Positions 15,123 to 18,925 of a stretch of 18,925 nucleotides of DNA are shown here, in pieces. Source of the DNA: Candidatus Nanohaloarchaea archaeon (GTDB taxonomy: Archaea > Nanohalarchaeota > Nanosalinia > Nanosalinales > Nanosalinaceae); the NCBI GenBank assembly GCA_042217695.1, contig JBDGSE010000044.1:1-18925 (forward strand), read 5' to 3'. Below the pieces are notes generated by a model that did not search any database, was not told the origin of the DNA, and saw nothing but the letters and a program-made list of their open reading frames with translations. A program made the position numbers and the translations under genes. Numbering within the stretch: position 1 is the stretch's first letter; every line of letters starts with the position of its first letter.

Positions 15123-16403
15123 TTAATCAGTTTTCTGAAGTTCGATGTACTCCTGACCGCCCATGTAGGGCTGGACTGCTTCAGGGATTTCTATGCCGCG
15201 TTCTGTCTGGTTGTTCTCGATGATCGCGGTTATTATCCGGGATGTTGCGATGGCTGTCGCGTTCAACGTGTGTACCGTTACATTGTCGTCCTGCTGCCGC
15301 ATCCTTGTGTTGAGTTCCTCGGCCTGATAGCCGGTGCAGTTACTGCACGAGACGACCTCGCCGTATTCTCCCAGCGGGGGCCGCCAGACCTCGATGTCGT
15401 ACTTCTTCGCCGCAACGTTTCCCAGGTCGCCGGTGCATACGTTCACGACCCGGTATGGCAGGCCAAGCTCCTGCATTAGCTCCTCCGAGTTCTGGAGCAG
15501 CTCGTCGTGGAGTTCCCAGGAGTTCTCCGGCTTCGAGAATATGAACTGTTCAACCTTCTCGAACTGGTGTACTCTCCACAGACCCCTGGTCTCCTGGCCG
15601 TGTTTTCCTGCCTCTCTCCTGAAGTTGGTGGAGAAGCCGGCGTATTTCAGCGGGAGTTCATTCGGGTCCAGTATCTCGTCGTACTGCAGAGCCGCGAGTG
15701 TCTGTTCCGAGGTCGCTATCAGGAACCTGTCGTGACCCTCCAGCTTGTAGAGCTGTTCCTCGAAGTCCTCGAGCTCGACCGCGGCCTCCATCGGCGCCCT
15801 GTTCAGTATGTAGGGTGTCTGGTGCGGTTCGTAATCCCGTTCACGCATGAAGTCCATGCCGAACTGGATGAGCGCCTGGTTCAGCCTGAAGAGGTCGCCC
15901 TTCAGGTAGTAGGCTCTTTCTCCCGCGACCTCGGCGGCCTTCTCCTGGTTCCAGAGATGGTCGTTCTCCTCCAGAAGGTCGGCCGCAAGTTTGCCTTCCC
16001 CGGCCTTACCTTCATCTGGTTCCCAGTGCTTTATGGGGACGTTGTCGTCCTCGTCCTCGCCCTTGGGAACGGATTCGTGCATTATGTTGCCGACCTTGAA
16101 CCTTTCCTCGTCTCTTTCTTCTTTCAGGCGTTCGACCTCGTCCTCCAGCTCGTTGATCTTCTCCTTTACTTCCTGCATCTCATCGATCTTTTCTTCGGCT
16201 GATCCGCCTTCACGTTTGGCCGCGGCTATCTCGTCTCCGACCCGGTTCCTCTCCGCGCGGAGCTCTTCCAGCTCATGGAGTTTCTCCCTCCACTCTTTGT
16301 CGAGCTCTATCACCCGGTCGACTCTTTCCGGGTCCTTGTCGCGCTTTTTCTCTGATTCACGTATCCTGTCCGGTTCCTCGCGGAAAATCTCTATGTCAAG
16401 CAC
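15123..16403 (-). CDS. serS: serine--tRNA ligase
   Basis: N-terminal coiled coil, IATSEQ, motif 2 FRREAG...RGLWRVHQFEKVEQF, KKYDIE, EVVSCSNC, motif 3 HTLNATAIATSR. GTG at 16403 gives the typical MLDI start with SD GAGGTG at 16410-16415. The ORF track start at 16412 is the alternative. Confidence 0.97.
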   Translation of the reverse strand: MLDIEIFREEPDRIRESEKKRDKDPERVDRVIELDKEWREKLHELEELRAERNRVGDEIAAAKREGGSAEEKIDEMQEVKEKINELEDEVERLKEERDEERFKVGNIMHESVPKGEDEDDNVPIKHWEPDEGKAGEGKLAADLLEENDHLWNQEKAAEVAGERAYYLKGDLFRLNQALIQFGMDFMRERDYEPHQTPYILNRAPMEAAVELEDFEEQLYKLEGHDRFLIATSEQTLAALQYDEILDPNELPLKYAGFSTNFRREAGKHGQETRGLWRVHQFEKVEQFIFSKPENSWELHDELLQNSEELMQELGLPYRVVNVCTGDLGNVAAKKYDIEVWRPPLGEYGEVVSCSNCTGYQAEELNTRMRQQDDNVTVHTLNATAIATSRIITAIIENNQTERGIEIPEAVQPYMGGQEYIELQKTD

Positions 16404-16601
16404 GGGAGACACCTCTGCGTGCAGCGGGCTGTGATGGGGCCATGCAATCTACTGAGTGAGAAAGTTTTATCTAGAACAGGTTTTTCAGCGGTTGTAAACG
16501 TGGCCTGTGGAAAAACGTCCACCCTTCATTTGAATCACGGTAAAGTTTTTTTCGCGGCGGAGTCTTAAATAAATGGCCGGTGTCCGCGGTAATCGGTAAT
16601 A

Positions 16602-16609
16602 TTTATATT
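16602..16609 (+). promoter_or_regulatory. TATA box (TTTATATT) of 7-TM paralogue A
   Basis: 23-30 nt upstream of ATG 16632. Confidence 0.6.
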
Positions 16610-16631
16610 AAACAAAAAAAGAAACAGAGCT

Positions 16632-17279
16632 ATGGCGTATATATATGCTGTCTCCAGTGTAGTTGAGGGAGTGTTCTTCCTGGTGGCTGCGGCTTTTCTT
16701 TACTGGAAGTTAGGACGCAGAGAGTATGATATACGAGTTACGAGGCTAACTATGTACGTCCTGTTCCTCCTCGGACTGTTCCTGATTGGGGCGGGGATTT
16801 CCCTATCAGGGTTTTCCCTCACGCTGGTCATACTCCCCGCTGTACATATATTCATATTCGGCGCCATCGCCTATATGTGGAAGTTTCTCACCGCCTTCCA
16901 TTTCTCAGAACTGGAAAAATACTACCAGGTTTTCTGGGGTCTTGGAGTGCTGTCCGTGCTGATAGGACTGGGTGTTTTTGTCGATGTTCTTCCACCGGTG
17001 ACGGGTAAGATAGTAGCGGCAAGCATGGCGCCCTTCGGTATCGTAGTGGGTCTCCTCGGATATTATTCCGCCTACCGGTTTGGCGGAGCTGACGGACAGA
17101 AGCTGGCGATATTCACTACTGCAGGGGTCGACGCGCTACTTGCTGGCTCCCTTCTTAACAACCTATATCAGGTAGGTGTAATAGAGAACTCTTACCTTGT
17201 TATACTCAACAATCTGCTGTTCCTCTTTCTCTTCCTGCTGGCTGTTTTCTGGGGCCACTTAAAGGGTGTGAAATGGTGA
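16632..17279 (+). CDS. seven-TM membrane protein, paralogue A (215 aa)
   Basis: Seven hydrophobic segments with short loops and no soluble domain. Clearly homologous to the next ORF. Confidence 0.9.
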   Translation: MAYIYAVSSVVEGVFFLVAAAFLYWKLGRREYDIRVTRLTMYVLFLLGLFLIGAGISLSGFSLTLVILPAVHIFIFGAIAYMWKFLTAFHFSELEKYYQVFWGLGVLSVLIGLGVFVDVLPPVTGKIVAASMAPFGIVVGLLGYYSAYRFGGADGQKLAIFTTAGVDALLAGSLLNNLYQVGVIENSYLVILNNLLFLFLFLLAVFWGHLKGVKW

Positions 17280-17322
17280 TTTTCCGGCTGTCTCCCTGTA
17301 ATTGAAGAAGCTATTAGGGTGC

Positions 17323-17330
17323 TTTATAAA
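17323..17330 (+). promoter_or_regulatory. TATA box (TTTATAAA) of 7-TM paralogue B
   Basis: 23-30 nt upstream of ATG 17353, the same spacing as paralogue A. Confidence 0.65.
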
Positions 17331-17352
17331 GGAGAGTCTATTCTTGGTTAAC

Positions 17353-18006
17353 ATGTCGAAGCTCTACGCCCTTTCCCACGGCATTGAAGGCCTGCTTTTC
17401 CTCGCGGCCGCTTCGTTCCTTTACTGGCGTTTGAGGAACAGGGAGTATGATATCCGTGTTACACGCCTGACGATGTATGTCCTGGCGTTGCTTGGCCTGT
17501 TCTTCGAAGGTATCTACCTGGCAACCGGAGTCCTGGGTAACTCTCTGACAGCGGCCGTAATCCCGGTAGTACACCTGTTCGTCTTCGGGGCGATAGCCTA
17601 TATGTGGCAGTTTATCACGGCCTGGAGCTACTCGGAATATGAAAAGTACCACGGTGTGTTCTGGGCTCTGGGCGCCATAAGTGTGCTTGCAGGGTTCGGT
17701 ATATTTGCCGGGGTTATACCTCCAAAGGTTGGCCAGATAATCCCGCTGAGCCTGATACCTGCGGGGATAGCTATAGGAGCGATAGGATTCATGACGGCCA
17801 GCGAGATGGGTGGTGCGGACGGCCAGAAGATAGCGATATTCACGGCAGCGGGGATAGACGCCCTGCTAGTCTCCTCTCTCCTGAACAATCTCTTCCTGGC
17901 GGGAGTCCTGCCCAGTCCGTTTCCCGCTATCGTCAACAACCTGCTTTACGGCGGTCTGTTCCTGCTGGCGGTGTTCTGGGGCCATATAAAAGGAGTGGAG
18001 TGGTAG
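17353..18006 (+). CDS. seven-TM membrane protein, paralogue B (217 aa)
   Basis: Start moved to ATG 17353, which aligns with Met1 of paralogue A and fits the TATA spacing. About 58% identical to A by manual alignment (about 127/217). Confidence 0.9.
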   Translation: MSKLYALSHGIEGLLFLAAASFLYWRLRNREYDIRVTRLTMYVLALLGLFFEGIYLATGVLGNSLTAAVIPVVHLFVFGAIAYMWQFITAWSYSEYEKYHGVFWALGAISVLAGFGIFAGVIPPKVGQIIPLSLIPAGIAIGAIGFMTASEMGGADGQKIAIFTAAGIDALLVSSLLNNLFLAGVLPSPFPAIVNNLLYGGLFLLAVFWGHIKGVEW

Positions 18007-18007
18007 A

Positions 18008-18925
18008 CTAGAGGTAGTCCGGCTTCTCGTGGCCTGTTTCCACAAGTGGGTCGAGCAGTTCAGGTTCCTCCTTGAAACTCTCTCTTACAGGTTCCAGTCT
18101 TTCCACTATCTCTTCGGCGACAGCGTTCTTCAGGTCCTGGGGGTGGAGGTCCCCGGACTCGAAGTCCTTGGCCAGTTCTTCGTAGCTGGCGTATTCGACA
18201 TCTCCGCCGTACTTTTCCGGCCTCTCTATCTCCAGTTCACGGTCCGCCCCGAAGATGAAGAAGCGGGCGATTTCCGTGACAGGGTTTTCCTCTGTCTCGC
18301 CTTCAGGGCAGTATGCGTCCTGTACGGTGTTCCGGATCCTTTCCGGACCGGCGTGCAGAGGGAACATGGTGTTCTTCTTGGAGGAAGACATCTTCTCTCC
18401 GGTACCGCTCAGCGATGGTAGCATCGGGTAGTGCAGGCAGGTAGGCTTGTCGTAGCCGAGCTTTGGAAGTTTTTCGCGTGCAAGCATGTGTATCTTCCTC
18501 TGGTCGATGCCTCCGATAGCCATGTCCAGATCCAGGTATACGATGTCTAGGGCCTGCATCAGTGGATAGACGACCTGCGAGATGTAAGGGTTCTCCTGGT
18601 CCGAGGCCACCTCTCCCATGGCTCTTTCTCCACGCGGAATAGTGGTCTCTGAGGCCATCCGAAGCACGTCGTGGAAGTATTCGGTCTGCTCTTCGAAATC
18701 CCTGCCGTGCACGTACTCTGCATCAAGCCCAAGGGCCTCGAAAGTGGCCTGCCAGTACTCTGTCATCCGCTGAATCCATTCTTCGCTGCCTTTCTTGTTC
18801 AGGAATGTGTGGAGGTCCGCCCACATAACGACGGGCTGGAAACCTGCCTTCTGGACGTCCAGGAGTTTTCTAACTGATATCCAGTGCCCCAGGTGCGCGG
18901 GTCCCGAGGTCTCGTAGCCGACATA
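18008..18925 (-). CDS. tyrS: tyrosine--tRNA ligase, archaeal type (5' end outside window)
   Basis: The frame is open to the window edge: YVGYETSGPAHLGHW (HIGH), WADLHTFLNKK, VYPLMQALDI, IGGIDQRKIHMLARE, KMSSS, IERPEKYGG, LHPQDLK. Confidence 0.96.
   Translation of the reverse strand, partial: YVGYETSGPAHLGHWISVRKLLDVQKAGFQPVVMWADLHTFLNKKGSEEWIQRMTEYWQATFEALGLDAEYVHGRDFEEQTEYFHDVLRMASETTIPRGERAMGEVASDQENPYISQVVYPLMQALDIVYLDLDMAIGGIDQRKIHMLAREKLPKLGYDKPTCLHYPMLPSLSGTGEKMSSSKKNTMFPLHAGPERIRNTVQDAYCPEGETEENPVTEIARFFIFGADRELEIERPEKYGGDVEYASYEELAKDFESGDLHPQDLKNAVAEEIVERLEPVRESFKEEPELLDPLVETGHEKPDYL

Noticed and set aside
16500..16530. CCTGTGGAAAAACG resembling an ORB or DnaA box
   Set aside because: Single imperfect copy, no G-string, and no adjacent cdc6/orc1 gene.
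17302..17352. N-terminal extension of 7-TM paralogue B
   Set aside because: Contains the TATA box. Alignment with paralogue A begins at ATG 17353.
16632..18006. Microbial rhodopsin interpretation of the 7-TM pair
   Set aside because: No DxxxK retinal lysine in helix 7 and no RYxDW-type helix 3 motif.
1..18925. CRISPR array, tRNA/rRNA, IS elements, inteins in cdc48/topA/radB
   Set aside because: No periodic repeats, cloverleaf motifs or transposase ORFs seen. Protein lengths are normal, without intein insertions.

Overview
Gene-dense archaeal chromosomal window with a strongly acidic (D/E-rich) proteome, very short or overlapping intergenic regions, and TATA boxes about 23-32 nt ahead of many start codons. 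This fits a salt-in halophile; the compactness suggests a Nanohaloarchaeota/DPANN-type genome (inference). Housekeeping genes: ADP-forming acetyl-CoA synthetase, malic enzyme, type II methionine aminopeptidase, Cdc48, RadB, prephenate dehydratase, topoisomerase IA, SerRS and a 5'-truncated TyrRS. Most notable accessory elements: (1) two tandem stand-alone 7-TM paralogues whose predicted cytoplasmic face is largely conserved while the outer face varies, as in receptors; (2) a C2H2 zinc finger-TM-DsbA fusion coupled to a CxxC membrane protein; (3) a stand-alone Cas2/VapD-like gene coupled to cdc48; (4) an orphan acidic protein with an atypical-kinase-like motif set; (5) a truncated aminotransferase apparently joined by a deletion to a relic of a convergent gene. 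No rRNA, tRNA, CRISPR array or transposase was recognised.
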